Numbered from the stretch's first letter, positions 1 to 10,606 are shown. The stretch: 64,000 nt of DNA from an uncultured Verrucomicrobiae bacterium (GCA_963764165.1 CAVXRD010000003.1:192001-256000); one strand, 5' to 3'. Numbers and translations: made by a program. Notes: generated from the letters alone by a model not told the origin.

Positions 1-2
1 CC

Positions 3-3000
3 ACGCCCACCACGGGGTACCCATCGCAAACGTTCACCACCTCGAATAACCCGCAGGGATACGTTTTGACCTCGATCGCGATCCAAACGGCGGGCGGCGG
101 CGGCGGTGGCAATGGCGGGCCCACGGAGAGCCAAAACTTCACGCTGTTGATTTTCCGGATGAACGGTTCCGGCAGCGGCACCGGCTTGACCAATGCCACC
201 TTGATTGGCAGTTACACCGTCGCGGGCCAGTTGCAGGCGGAAGGGGATTGGATGCAATGGACGGGCCTTGGAACATCTCTTTTGCCCGGGACAAATTACG
301 GTTTTGCATTTGGCCGCGCCGTTGGCAGCCCGGGCGACTGGGAGGAAATCAGCGCCGCCTCCGGTCTTCCTTACAGCGGTGGCCAAGCCTGCCTGATCGC
401 CAATGCCGGGGGAAAGGTCAAGTATTCCAGTTCCGCCAACAATTACGATATGACGTTCGACATCGGATTGGCCTTGCCTGCGGCGCCTGTTCCCGGCCAG
501 CCAATCGAGTCGCCTTCGACTGCCAACATCGCGGTGCTGGCGGGAACAAATGTTACTTTGACCGCGTCAGCCGGCGGTTCCACGCCGATTTATTATCAAT
601 GGCAGACCGACGGAGGAGCTTCCGGCGGATTGACGAACATTCCGGGAGCGACCAATGCAGTGCTTTCAGTCAATACGGCTGGCTGGCTGCCCGGCACGTA
701 TAATTTTGATTTTGTCGCCCGCAATTCATTGGGAACGAACAGCAGTTCGGCGGTCTCGATTCAAATCGTGAGCCTTCTGATGGCGGACATCGGACCCAAT
801 GCTCCCACGCCTGGCCCCAATGACATTTCCCAGCTGCTCAACAGCCAGCAAAGCGATGACGGATTTAATTATTACACTGACAATGGCGCCAACCACAACG
901 AATGGAACGGCCAGACCTTTACCACTGGAAACAGCCCAAGCGGTTATGTTCTTAATTCGCTGGCCTGGAAAAGCGCTGGCAATGGCAACAATTTTCCGGC
1001 GTTTCAGTATTACGATTTGTATATCTATGCATTGTCCGCCAACGGCACGACGGCCACCCAGATCGGAAGTTATCAAGCTTACGGCGGCGGCAAGGAGGAC
1101 GATTGGTTCGAGTGGGTGGGATTGAACACCCCGCTGGCTCCGAATTCCCTCTATGCTTATGCGCTGGGCCGCGATGGCACCGCGTCTGGATGGGAGCACA
1201 TCGGCGACCAGGGCGGCAATCCCTACAGCGGCGGCCAATTGTGCCAGATTCCTTCTCAGGGCGGGACCGTGACCTACGGGGGAGCAGGCACGTCCGATGC
1301 GACATTTGATATTGGCCTGGCCATTTCGCAAGCGCCGTTTGCCACTGTGCCCGCCTACACGCCCGCCGTGACACCGGTCTATGCGGGAACGCCGCTGACT
1401 CTGATTGAATCGGCCGTTGGCGCTCCACCGCTTTCGTATCAATGGGAGGCGGACAACGGCACCGGAACGCTCTCGCTGGTGGGCGGGGGAACCAGTTCGA
1501 ATCTGGTGGTGGATACAACAGGCTTCGCGCCGGGGAATTATGAGTATGCTGTCATAGTGACAAATGCGCATGGCGCGTCAACCAGTGCGACTCTGACTGT
1601 GACTGTGGTGGCCGCCAGCGCCCCGCAACTTGTGGCTGACATTTCGCCGCTGCCAGCGAACGAAGGTTATGTCGGACAAACCCTTTCCTATTCCGCGGCC
1701 TTTGTCGGAACATTGCCCATCAGCTACCAGTGGATGCTTGATACGGGCAGCGGTCCTTCGCCCATCTCCAGCGCCGCAAATCCGACCGCCACCAACAGCA
1801 CGCTCGTTTTATCAAATGTGCAGACTGCTCAAGCGGGAACGTATACACTCCTAGCCGCGAACACTGTCGGCAGCGCGCCCAGCAGTTCCTCAGCCCTGAT
1901 TGTGCTGCCCGCTCCCGCCGCGCCTGCGGCAAATACTTATGGCGCCGCAGGTCTCTCCGATGGCCCGGTGGCCTATTGGAGGTTCAATGAAACCAACGAT
2001 CCCTCCACTGGCATTTTGCCGGCTTACGATGCCACCGGCCACAATTATGACGGTCTCTATGGCGCAAATTCGCAGAACAGCTTCAATGAAATTGCCGGGC
2101 CTCAGCCGCCAGCCTTTCCTGGGTTTGAAACCAACAACGGGGCCTTCGCCTCGGCGAATGCATTGACAAATTCATGGGTGACGCTCCCGCCGTTGAATCT
2201 GGACACAAATGCCGTTACCATCACGCTTTGGATTTATCCGAACTCCACTGAGCCGACCTTTGGCGGGCTGTTTTTTAATCGCAACAACACGGACGCAGCC
2301 GGCATCGGCTTTGGCGGGACCCAAAACGCATCTGGAATGGCTGAATTAGGCTACACTTGGAACACGAATAATGGCGACACTTGGGGATTCAACTCGGGAT
2401 TGTACCCGCCAATGAATCAGTGGTCGTTTGTTGCGCTGGTGGTCCAACCCACGCAGGCCACGCTCTATCTTTATTATATTGATCCCAACACGGGGCAGCC
2501 CGATCTGTTGTCATCCATCAATGCCATTGCGCACGGTCCGGAAGCGTTCAGCGGAGGCACGACAGCGATTGGCACCGACCCGGCGGATCTGAACACCCGG
2601 GCGTTCTCAGGAAATATTGACGAGGTGGCGGTATTTCAATCCGCGCTGACCAGCGATCAGATTCTATCGCTATTTGGCAAAGGGTCGGGAGTATCCGCTG
2701 TGGCTCCTTCGATTGTCACCCAGCCGGCGTCGCAGGCTTATTATGCCGGAACCACGGTGACATTTGCCGCCTCCGGCATTAATGGCAATTCGCCGTTCAG
2801 TTATCAATGGCAATTCGACGGAACAAACCTGGCTGGCGCAACAACACCGAGCCTGACCCTGTCGAATGTGACGCTGGCCAACGCTGGCACATATCAGTTG
2901 TTCGTCACGAATCCAGTGGGAGTGACGGCCAGCAGCAACGCCACCCTTGAAGTCGTCGTGCCCGCGCCGCATTCCTACGCCTCGGCGGTTATTGACAGCG

Positions 3001-3887
3001 GGGCGCTATTGTATTGGGCCTTGAACGAAACCAATGATCCAAGCACCGGCACCGCGATCGCCTACGATTATATCCACGGCATCGATGGCGTTTATCAAAC
3101 CGCCTCACAGAACGGGTTTGACGGAGTATTAGGACCGCAAGCGCCGGCGTTTCTGGGATTCCCCAGCAACAACACAGCGCTGGAAACCTTCGCCAACATC
3201 CCCAACTCTTACGTTACGGCATCTGCTGGCACCCTGGTCGCCACCAACCTCACCTATGTGATGTGGATCGATCCGGCCACTAACGTTGAGAATTGGGCTG
3301 GTCTTTTGATGGACCGCGGCGGCGTCGGCGAAGGCCTCGGGTTCGGCGGAGACGTTTCGGATTCGGGCATGTCCGACCTGGGCTACACATGGAACCAGAA
3401 CTCCACCTGGAGCTTCTCCACTTATTTGTTTCCGCCCACCAATGAATGGTCTCTGGTGGCATTGGCCATCGAGCCGACCGAAGCCGACATCTATTTGATC
3501 AACAGCGCAGGTGTGCAAACGGCGGTCAATCCGATCGCCCATGATGCCGAAGAATTCGGCGTGGCGTGGCACATTGGCAACGACGCCCAGGACGGCGGCA
3601 ACGGCGGGCGCACTTTTCCGGGAAGCATCGCTGCCGTCAGCGTTTATCTCTCGACGCTCTCCAGCAATCAGATTGTCTCGCTTTACGATGCGGGCTTGCA
3701 AGTGGCGCCGCCGGTCACCCTCAATGCGGTCCCCGGACCAGGACGGACTCTGGTCCTGAGTTGGTCGCAAGGCTCCTTGTTGCAGGCCACAAACCTGCTC
3801 GGGCCTTGGGTGACAAATACCGCCGCGTCTCCGTATTCGGTCGCCGAGACCAATGCGCAAATGTTCTACAAAGTCCGCGTTCAATGA
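3..3887 (+). CDS. Large secreted/surface protein with Ig-like repeats, two LamG-like domains and a duplicated ~170-aa domain; 5' end lies left of the window
   Basis: Frame is open from position 3 (TPTTGYPSQTFTTSNNPQGYVL), matching internal repeat GQTFTTGNSPSGYVL. Ig motifs SYQW...AGTYQL; LamG motifs YWRFNE...WSFVALV...FSGNIDEVAVF; C-terminal LSWSQGSLLQATNLLGPW...FYKVR tail. Confidence 0.85.
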   Translation, partial: TPTTGYPSQTFTTSNNPQGYVLTSIAIQTAGGGGGGNGGPTESQNFTLLIFRMNGSGSGTGLTNATLIGSYTVAGQLQAEGDWMQWTGLGTSLLPGTNYGFAFGRAVGSPGDWEEISAASGLPYSGGQACLIANAGGKVKYSSSANNYDMTFDIGLALPAAPVPGQPIESPSTANIAVLAGTNVTLTASAGGSTPIYYQWQTDGGASGGLTNIPGATNAVLSVNTAGWLPGTYNFDFVARNSLGTNSSSAVSIQIVSLLMADIGPNAPTPGPNDISQLLNSQQSDDGFNYYTDNGANHNEWNGQTFTTGNSPSGYVLNSLAWKSAGNGNNFPAFQYYDLYIYALSANGTTATQIGSYQAYGGGKEDDWFEWVGLNTPLAPNSLYAYALGRDGTASGWEHIGDQGGNPYSGGQLCQIPSQGGTVTYGGAGTSDATFDIGLAISQAPFATVPAYTPAVTPVYAGTPLTLIESAVGAPPLSYQWEADNGTGTLSLVGGGTSSNLVVDTTGFAPGNYEYAVIVTNAHGASTSATLTVTVVAASAPQLVADISPLPANEGYVGQTLSYSAAFVGTLPISYQWMLDTGSGPSPISSAANPTATNSTLVLSNVQTAQAGTYTLLAANTVGSAPSSSSALIVLPAPAAPAANTYGAAGLSDGPVAYWRFNETNDPSTGILPAYDATGHNYDGLYGANSQNSFNEIAGPQPPAFPGFETNNGAFASANALTNSWVTLPPLNLDTNAVTITLWIYPNSTEPTFGGLFFNRNNTDAAGIGFGGTQNASGMAELGYTWNTNNGDTWGFNSGLYPPMNQWSFVALVVQPTQATLYLYYIDPNTGQPDLLSSINAIAHGPEAFSGGTTAIGTDPADLNTRAFSGNIDEVAVFQSALTSDQILSLFGKGSGVSAVAPSIVTQPASQAYYAGTTVTFAASGINGNSPFSYQWQFDGTNLAGATTPSLTLSNVTLANAGTYQLFVTNPVGVTASSNATLEVVVPAPHSYASAVIDSGALLYWALNETNDPSTGTAIAYDYIHGIDGVYQTASQNGFDGVLGPQAPAFLGFPSNNTALETFANIPNSYVTASAGTLVATNLTYVMWIDPATNVENWAGLLMDRGGVGEGLGFGGDVSDSGMSDLGYTWNQNSTWSFSTYLFPPTNEWSLVALAIEPTEADIYLINSAGVQTAVNPIAHDAEEFGVAWHIGNDAQDGGNGGRTFPGSIAAVSVYLSTLSSNQIVSLYDAGLQVAPPVTLNAVPGPGRTLVLSWSQGSLLQATNLLGPWVTNTAASPYSVAETNAQMFYKVRVQ

Positions 3888-3909
3888 TGACGCGGTGTTC
3901 AGACGCGCT

Positions 3910-5334
3910 CTAAGGCTTAAAGCACAGAACAATCGCGCTGGCATGTGCAACATTCAGGATGGCTGCGCCGTCGAGAAGGGCAAGATTCTCTGGTGAGCCT
4001 GCGGACCAGGCTCCGTCGTCGCTCACCTGGCTGCCGGCAAAACTAACTTGGTCCGTGCTCGCCATCGTCGGCGCTTGCAGGTGGAAGCAGTCCGCTTTGG
4101 TGTATCTGCCGGGAACGCTTGCTTTGACGCTGGCGTCTTTCGAAAAATCTTTATTGATGACAGTGAGCCAGAGAAGGCCCTGTTCGTCTTTGGTGGCATA
4201 TGCAGTCAAATTGCTTGCGCCATCCATCGTGAGCCGCACCAGGACACCCTTTCCGGCAAAGGCGAAAGCGAGCATTCCATAATATTCCGGGCAAGCCCGC
4301 GCGTGGCCTGCCGCGTCATGGACAATTGGAGAATAATGGCTGATCCAGGCAAGATGATTGATGTCGGTTTCCATGTTGACTCCGTCACACCCATAGGAAG
4401 CCAGCCGGAACATGAAATCCAAACACCACAAGGCTGAGCCAAAGGTATCGCTCACGCCAACTTTTCCTCCCCCCGAGTAAGAATTGACCTCGTTGATGCG
4501 AAAAGCCACGCCGTGAGCGCGGCCCACGCCTCGCATGCCATCCAACCTGCGCTCGAGGCCTTCATCGGGCGCGAGGAGTCTCGCCAAGGTGGACTTTGGC
4601 TCTCCCGCTCCTCCTCGATAGTAATGGATCGTCAATAATTTTATGTCAGCGCTTTCGGTGTCAGCGAAATTGGTGACCCAACGGAGGTTGCCGATGGAAT
4701 CGGGCCCGGAAAACGGCGCGTCTGGCAAAACTGCGCGTATCGCCCTCTTGTAATCGAGAAAAGCCGCGTGATACGCGTCATAACCCGCGAAACGGCGCAA
4801 GGCTTCAACTTCATTGCCAATCTCAAAAGATTGCAAGCTGGTTCCCAGCGCCGCGTTGACCGCGAGAGCTTCCCGCACCGCTTCTTCCTTGGAGCCGGTG
4901 CCAAGGTTAAGGCCCCACATGACCCTCCAGCCGGCCGCGCGCGCGAACTGGCCCAAGTCATCCAGATTCTGGCGATTGATGATCGTCACCTCTGTTTGCG
5001 AGCGCGGCGCGGCCACCCCATTGGCCTCGTATTTGGTGTGGTCGGACACGTTGCCGCCAATGCGAATCAAGCCGTGCGGACTCAAATTATGGAACAGCCG
5101 CAGCATCGTTGCATTGCTGCCCGTGAAAAAATTCGATTGGGCCACGGCCGAGGTTTCGTATCCAAACCCAATAAAATCTGGCGAAATGTGACTGACGATT
5201 ATTGCCGGATCTATGTGAATTTTGGCCGCGATCGGCGAGGGCGCGCTTGCCTGGTCCTGCGCGTGGAGACGCTCCGCAAAGGACGACGTCCACAGAATAG
5301 CGGTGACGAGCCGCAGCGGGGTAAGGCTTCGCAT
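3910..5334 (-). CDS. Glycoside hydrolase family 79 (beta-glucuronidase/heparanase-like), secreted
   Basis: Signal peptide; IRIGGN, FEIGNE (acid/base), INEVNS (nucleophile), GVSDTFGSALW, PEYYGML motifs. Confidence 0.85.
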   Translation of the reverse strand: MRSLTPLRLVTAILWTSSFAERLHAQDQASAPSPIAAKIHIDPAIIVSHISPDFIGFGYETSAVAQSNFFTGSNATMLRLFHNLSPHGLIRIGGNVSDHTKYEANGVAAPRSQTEVTIINRQNLDDLGQFARAAGWRVMWGLNLGTGSKEEAVREALAVNAALGTSLQSFEIGNEVEALRRFAGYDAYHAAFLDYKRAIRAVLPDAPFSGPDSIGNLRWVTNFADTESADIKLLTIHYYRGGAGEPKSTLARLLAPDEGLERRLDGMRGVGRAHGVAFRINEVNSYSGGGKVGVSDTFGSALWCLDFMFRLASYGCDGVNMETDINHLAWISHYSPIVHDAAGHARACPEYYGMLAFAFAGKGVLVRLTMDGASNLTAYATKDEQGLLWLTVINKDFSKDASVKASVPGRYTKADCFHLQAPTMASTDQVSFAGSQVSDDGAWSAGSPENLALLDGAAILNVAHASAIVLCFKP

Positions 5335-5361
5335 TGGATTTGTGATCGGACTGAGTTTGGA

Positions 5362-5436
5362 TGGTGCGCGCTGTAGGTTTCGAACCTACGACCCCTACCG
5401 TGTGAAGGTAATGCTCTACCACTGAGCTAAGCGCGC
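5362..5436 (-). tRNA. tRNA-Val (anticodon CAC), CCA encoded
   Basis: Reverse complement GCGCGCTTAGCTCAGTGGTAGAGCA-TTACC-TTCACAC-GGTAG-GGGTC-GTAGGTTCGAAACCTAC-AGCGCGC-ACCA folds as a cloverleaf. Confidence 0.97.
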
Positions 5437-5674
5437 AACGCCCGAATTATGCCGCAGTCAAAAAATGTCGCAAGCACTTTTCCTCGTTGGAATTCACTCT
5501 GTCGCCGGAGTCGCAAAAGGGTTAACGGCGCCAGCCAAAGTCACGCAGAACGGAGGGCGGCCATCGCGTTCACCGCCGGTGTCGAGGCCCGCGACTTTTC
5601 ACTCGCCCATTTCTCGATTTTTTGGAGAAAATTACCGCAATGGGGGATCCGCACCACTATGCTGAAAGGCGCTC

Positions 5675-7411
5675 GTGAATCCGAGTTTGCACAATCTTGT
5701 TCTCAAAGGCGACTTGCCGCGATTGAAAGAGTTGCTGAGTCATGGCTCCGGCAGCGCCGATGTCAACGCTCCCGACTCGCTGGGCTGCACGTCACTCATG
5801 CGAGCGGTAGCGAATCCGAAAGTGAACGCCGAACTCGTTCGCACCCTCCTCGATCATGGCGCAGACATCAACAAGGCCCGCGTTCTTCAAGGCACGGTTC
5901 CTGCCAGCGCCATGGCGCTGGCTTTGGGCGCCGGCAACCCTGAAATTGTGCGCCTTTTAATTGGCCGCGGAGGTGACGTCCACTACAAAACGGAGGGTGG
6001 ATATGGAGCCTTGGTTGACGCCGTTCATGGGCGGGACGTTCTGCGCGACCCGTTATTGATCGATCTGATCCGCTTGCTGATCGAGTGCGGTGTAGCGCTG
6101 AATGGAATTACGAGCTATGGGGAATCCGGCCTTCGCGTCCTTTCCCGCATCGGAAGATTCGACGCGGTGAAAGCTTTGCTCGACGCCGGGGCCGATCCCG
6201 CTCAACTGAAGTGGACTGCGCTGATGCGCGCCGTCGCGCTCGGTTCAGCGTCCGACGTGATCCGAGAAATAGGGCAGGGCGCCGCGCTTGAGGATCGAGA
6301 TTTCTGGGACCGGACGGCGTGGTTGATTGCCATCCAGACCGGCGATTTGGAAAAGGCGAGAATTCTTTATGACGCCGGAGCAAATCTTTGCGCGCGGGGC
6401 AGATGCGGCAAACCGCCCATCTTTTACGCCATTGAGAGCCATCAATTGCCGATGTTGAACTGGCTTCTTGAGATTGGGGCTGGCGTTGAAGAGCTCGACG
6501 AATTTGAGCACACGCCGCTCATAAATGCGGTGGAGAGCAATAACCCGGCGGCCGTGCAACGATTGCTGAAAGCAGGCGCAGATTTGATTGGCGTTCGGGG
6601 TCGGTCCGCTTTGGGTTTTGCGCGAACACGCGAAATCGCGCGGTGCTTGCTCGCGGCCGGCGCCGATCCGGGTCAGCTTTCGTTTGAGGCTCGGCGCGCG
6701 CTGCTGGGATTCGAGCCTGAGCCGAGCGCGATTCATTTCGACGTTGCGCCCGAAGACTTTCGCGGCCAGCAGACGCGGCGGTTTGGAATCAGCAATCCGC
6801 AAAAATTTGAAGGCGCATTTTACCAGGAAATGGTCAGATCGGGGATCAACGCGTTTCAAGCAGCGGAGGTCTTCCGCGAAAGCATCGAACCCATTCATCC
6901 TGTTTGGTGCGCTCAGCGATTCGGTCAATCCATCACCACTATGCCGGATGGACGCATCATTCAGATCGGCGGCGAACATGAAGATTATTACGATGCCGAT
7001 TTCTGCATTTACAACGACATTTTTGTTCACCATCCCACAGGGGCCATCGAATTTTTCGGGTATCCTGAAGCGGTCTTTCCGCCGACCGATTTTCATACCG
7101 CAACCTTGATCGGCGATCGTGTCATCTGGATTATCGGGTCCTTGGGTTATCTGGGCAAGCGACATTACGGCGAAACGCCCGTTTACCGCCTCGACACTGA
7201 ATCATATCAGATTGAGAGGATTAAAATCGCCGGCAAATGTCCGGGATGGATTTATGGACATGCAGCTATCGCGCTCGCCGGAGGGAAGATTCAAATATCG
7301 GGCGGCGAAATTGTTTCGTTATCGGGCGATACAGAGTTGCATGCCAGGAACGATCAGTATTTCGTATTGGATACGGAACAGAGTGCGTGGTCATCTCCGG
7401 CTTCCAAATAG
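5675..7411 (+). CDS. Ankyrin-repeat protein with C-terminal Kelch-like beta-propeller region
   Basis: Repeated TxLMxA...LLxxGAD units; C-terminus IIQIGGEHED...FHTATL...IWIIGS...GHAA...ISGG. Confidence 0.8.
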   Translation: MNPSLHNLVLKGDLPRLKELLSHGSGSADVNAPDSLGCTSLMRAVANPKVNAELVRTLLDHGADINKARVLQGTVPASAMALALGAGNPEIVRLLIGRGGDVHYKTEGGYGALVDAVHGRDVLRDPLLIDLIRLLIECGVALNGITSYGESGLRVLSRIGRFDAVKALLDAGADPAQLKWTALMRAVALGSASDVIREIGQGAALEDRDFWDRTAWLIAIQTGDLEKARILYDAGANLCARGRCGKPPIFYAIESHQLPMLNWLLEIGAGVEELDEFEHTPLINAVESNNPAAVQRLLKAGADLIGVRGRSALGFARTREIARCLLAAGADPGQLSFEARRALLGFEPEPSAIHFDVAPEDFRGQQTRRFGISNPQKFEGAFYQEMVRSGINAFQAAEVFRESIEPIHPVWCAQRFGQSITTMPDGRIIQIGGEHEDYYDADFCIYNDIFVHHPTGAIEFFGYPEAVFPPTDFHTATLIGDRVIWIIGSLGYLGKRHYGETPVYRLDTESYQIERIKIAGKCPGWIYGHAAIALAGGKIQISGGEIVSLSGDTELHARNDQYFVLDTEQSAWSSPASK

Positions 7412-7430
7412 AAATTCGGACGTCGCCGCA

Positions 7431-7502
7431 GAGCGCCAGAGGCGCGGCAGTGTTGTAGAAACGGCCAAAAAAAGATTCACCAAGCTCCTTCTGGCGCGGC
7501 AT
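7431..7502. repeat. Dispersed ~70-bp palindromic repeat; homologous inverted copy at ~29443-29513
   Basis: aggcgcggcagtgttgtagaaacg...ccaagctcc...gcggcat matches the reverse complement of atgccgc...ggagcttgg...cgtttctacaacgatgccgcgcct. Confidence 0.65.
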
Positions 7503-7613
7503 CGTGCGCCTGTGAACGCACTCACATAGCGGGGTAAGAGTTCCCGTCAGGCCGAAATATCGCCGGCCTGTGGCTCGATTACACTGGCGCCCGCCAGGGA
7601 AAACGCTCGATTT

Positions 7614-8369
7614 TTGCCGCGCATCCGTCACGCTGGGACGGTGCAGCGACATTCATGCGCCCTGTTTGGGTCACTCTCAGTTATTGCTGCTTATATTCTC
7701 ATTCGCAGTTCTATCTATCATTTTTTTCCCGTCGATTCGCTGGAGGCATGGTTTTCGCGAGACACTTTGATGTCGATGCCCCGCCTTGGAGCGTTCGCCG
7801 TTTTAGTGCTTCTCAATCGAAGGTGGGCGGCTGTTCGATTTGACCTGAGGCTCAGAGAATTTGGCAAAGCGATGCTCATGGGGGCCGTTCCTTTGGCGTT
7901 GTGGGCATTCTATTTTAGTGGAGGGGAAGGGGAGGCATTCACAAGATTTCAGATGCTGGTGGGATTCTTTACGAGCTTGGGTGTCGGAATATTCGAGGAA
8001 TATGCATTCCGCGGGCCATTGCTTTTTGCTCTCCGCCAGCATTTATCTTTGTTGACTAGCGTCGTCCTTGGCAGCGCCCTTTTCGCTGCTTACCATGTCC
8101 AGGCGCAGCCGATTGAAGGCTGGGTAGCCATATTCTTGACGGGAGTCATTTACGCGAATCTCCGCTTTCGCGGATTGAGCCTTGGCTGGCTGGCGGCAAT
8201 TCACGGCGTGACCGATGCCTTGTTCTTCGCATTTCCCGATAACCCTCCAAATCTGTTCAACTTCTACGGCTTGATCTTGCAAGCGGGTTTGCTGATCTAC
8301 GCAGTGATGAGTTTTCCTCGGAAAAAGGCCGCGGAGGCGCCGCCCGCTGATGGCAAGAATGACAATTGA
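7614..8369 (+). CDS. CPBP family (CAAX/Abi-like) intramembrane glutamic endopeptidase; start uncertain
   Basis: EExxFRG (EEYAFRG), FxxxH (FAAYH), HxxxD (HGVTD) motifs; multiple TM segments. Confidence 0.85.
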   Translation: MPRIRHAGTVQRHSCALFGSLSVIAAYILIRSSIYHFFPVDSLEAWFSRDTLMSMPRLGAFAVLVLLNRRWAAVRFDLRLREFGKAMLMGAVPLALWAFYFSGGEGEAFTRFQMLVGFFTSLGVGIFEEYAFRGPLLFALRQHLSLLTSVVLGSALFAAYHVQAQPIEGWVAIFLTGVIYANLRFRGLSLGWLAAIHGVTDALFFAFPDNPPNLFNFYGLILQAGLLIYAVMSFPRKKAAEAPPADGKNDN

Positions 8370-8470
8370 GCCAGGCTGCAAAATCCTGTTTGGCTGGTTG
8401 AATTGTCACCAGCACAGAACCGCGAGCGGTTCTGCCGTCTTTTACCACAATAATTCCGCGGCAGTTGGAC

Positions 8471-9625
8471 TCACCGGTGGCCCGCATCCTTGGTGGCAGC
8501 AAATGCCGCCGCCACCGCCGCTCCGCCCTGAATCGCACTCGAGGGGCGCGGATGGTCCGCATTGAAGACGCGCAACGATTCCGCCGGCACGATCGCATCG
8601 CTTTCATTCGCATCGGCTGCATTTAATTTCCATTGCTGAGCCACAAATCGATACATCGCCTGGCGCTTGGTCGGCCCGTAGTCGTGTCCTTCCGTGCCAA
8701 AATGGACATTCGCCACCGCGTTTGACGCGCCCAATATATCGTAAACACTGCGAATATAGGGAAACTCCACCTTCGGGACGTTCCTTGTCCAATCCTGGCC
8801 GTCGGAAATAATGCACTGCGGTTTCGGGGCGAACAGCGCGGCAATTTCAGCATTGTCTGTGTCGTGGGTCGCGGAATGGTGAATTGGCAGGCCGCTCTCG
8901 CAAATGCAGCCGCCGAAGAAATGCGCGGAGACCTGCACCACCGGCACGCTCAGGCCAAGCCGCGCGTCCACCGCTCCGAGCAGAAACGTCTGCGTGCCGC
9001 CGCCCGACTCGCCGGTGCAGCCAAGCCGCGCCGCATCGACTTCGGGCAGGCTCGTTAGAAAATCCAGAGCTCGCATGCTGTCCCAGAGTTGGAAGGTCAG
9101 CGCGTTCGGATCGTGATGCTCAACTTGAGTGGAATCTGTATAACCCACCATATCGTAGGCGAACGCCATCACACCCATCCGCGCCAGCCCGGCGCAGCGC
9201 GCCTGCATCATTTCGCTGATGCGCGGTGTCCCATCCCAATGTCCGTGCGTGCAAAGCATGGCCGGCCATGGACCCGACCCGCGCGTTGGCCGATACAAAT
9301 TGCCCGTAACATAAAACCCGGGAACACTCTCGAATGCGACATTCTCCACCGTGAAGCCCTTTTTCTCCTGCCGCCCCCACGTCCTGACATTCAGCGGGCA
9401 ACGCTTGGGGAGGGGAGAGAGATTGGCGCCAGCAAGGATGCCGCGCCGAATATTTTCCGCCCGCGATTCCCATTCCGATTGATTGTGCCAAGTCCGCCGA
9501 AACGCCTCCAACTGCTGGCGGCCCTGATCCTCAGTCAGGCGCGGCTCCTTCCTCGGCAGCGCCTGCGCGAACAAGCCCGATGTAGTTAGCAAAACAACTC
9601 CTGTAACCGCCCATCGAAATCGCAT
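8471..9625 (-). CDS. Secreted alpha/beta-hydrolase (acetylxylan esterase-like)
   Basis: Signal peptide; VTGNLYRP, HGHW, GESGGG nucleophile elbow, D and GHDY catalytic positions. Confidence 0.8.
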   Translation of the reverse strand: MRFRWAVTGVVLLTTSGLFAQALPRKEPRLTEDQGRQQLEAFRRTWHNQSEWESRAENIRRGILAGANLSPLPKRCPLNVRTWGRQEKKGFTVENVAFESVPGFYVTGNLYRPTRGSGPWPAMLCTHGHWDGTPRISEMMQARCAGLARMGVMAFAYDMVGYTDSTQVEHHDPNALTFQLWDSMRALDFLTSLPEVDAARLGCTGESGGGTQTFLLGAVDARLGLSVPVVQVSAHFFGGCICESGLPIHHSATHDTDNAEIAALFAPKPQCIISDGQDWTRNVPKVEFPYIRSVYDILGASNAVANVHFGTEGHDYGPTKRQAMYRFVAQQWKLNAADANESDAIVPAESLRVFNADHPRPSSAIQGGAAVAAAFAATKDAGHR

Positions 9626-9810
9626 TCGATCATCAGGGCGCTAGGGCGTCTGTTCTGTCAACGCAAAATTGAGCAGGACCGATTGATAAGCTAGACGGCT
9701 TCGAAATTGCTTTTCGGATCTGATTGGCGGAACCTTTCATACATTGAGCGATAATCAGAAGATATGCGTGAAATAAGCCATTCGGGAAAGGTGGAAATTG
9801 TGACGCCGGT

Positions 9811-10221
9811 TCATATCAAAGGATCCACGGTTTGAACGCCAGCAGGTTCAAAATGACGCTTATTATGGGTCGCGACAGTGTGACGGTGAAATAATGCGGT
9901 GGCGGCAATCAGAGAATCTTCACACGTCATCGTGCGATTCTTCGCCTTGAGGTCTGCAAGCAGTTCCTTCCACCTAACCAGCACAGGTTCGGTTAGTTCT
10001 TCGGTGGCAGGAGCGAGCCTCTGCCGCAAGTTGGTCAGCCATGCGCCGAGGCTCTCCTTGTGCGCAACTGGGGCTCGACCCAGTCCGAACTGCAACTCGG
10101 CGAATGAAACCACGCTCAGGAAAATATCCGCCTCGTGGGTCTGCACCCAGCGCTCGAGTTTGGGCGGCACTTGCTTCCGCTCAAGCATGGACAGCAAGTC
10201 CGTGTCGATCAGGAAGCTCAC
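9811..10221 (-). CDS. vapC: PIN-domain toxin (VapC family)
   Basis: FLIDTD, ELQFG, DSLIAATA, VATHNKRHF; 4-bp overlap with upstream antitoxin. Confidence 0.9.
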   Translation of the reverse strand: MSFLIDTDLLSMLERKQVPPKLERWVQTHEADIFLSVVSFAELQFGLGRAPVAHKESLGAWLTNLRQRLAPATEELTEPVLVRWKELLADLKAKNRTMTCEDSLIAATALFHRHTVATHNKRHFEPAGVQTVDPLI

Positions 10222-10466
10222 TTGAAGGGCAGGTTATGCCGCTCCGGCAGCGGGATCGGAACCGGGCAGCTTGCGAAAAGCCGAAGCAGTCCGACAGCTC
10301 CGCGGCGTTTGGCTGGTTTGGGAGTTAGCACGATGCTGTTTTTGCCATCGCGCATCGGACGCACCTCGACCACGCCGCCCTGAGACAAGCCAGAGGCATC
10401 CCGCCACCACTTTGGGAGTGTGCTCTGGCCGACTTTGGAAACTGTCATTGTGTCCAAATTCTTCAC
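10218..10466 (-). CDS. AbrB/MazE/SpoVT-like antitoxin
   Basis: TVSKVGQSTLPKWWRDASGLSQGGVVEV looped-hinge motif; directly upstream of PIN toxin. Confidence 0.8.
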   Translation of the reverse strand: MKNLDTMTVSKVGQSTLPKWWRDASGLSQGGVVEVRPMRDGKNSIVLTPKPAKRRGAVGLLRLFASCPVPIPLPERHNLPFK

Positions 10467-10500
10467 GTTTTAAGGATTCCTTAAAACTACCTTTTGTCAA
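10467..10500 (-). promoter_or_regulatory. Sigma70-like promoter and perfect operator palindrome of AbrB-VapC operon
   Basis: Minus strand TTGACA-16-AATCCT-6-GTG; inverted repeat GTTTTAAGGA-T-TCCTTAAAAC at 10467-10487. Confidence 0.65.
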
Positions 10501-10606
10501 GACAGGGTGGGACGCAGTGAAGCCTTGACGATGTGATTGCAATTTGACGTTGACGGCATCGGGACAATGTTGGGATTATTTCTATGACACAAAACCAATA
10601 GAATCC

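Noticed and set aside
5340..5440. tRNA-Val as island integration site
   Set aside because: No duplicate of its 3' end and no integrase seen within the window.
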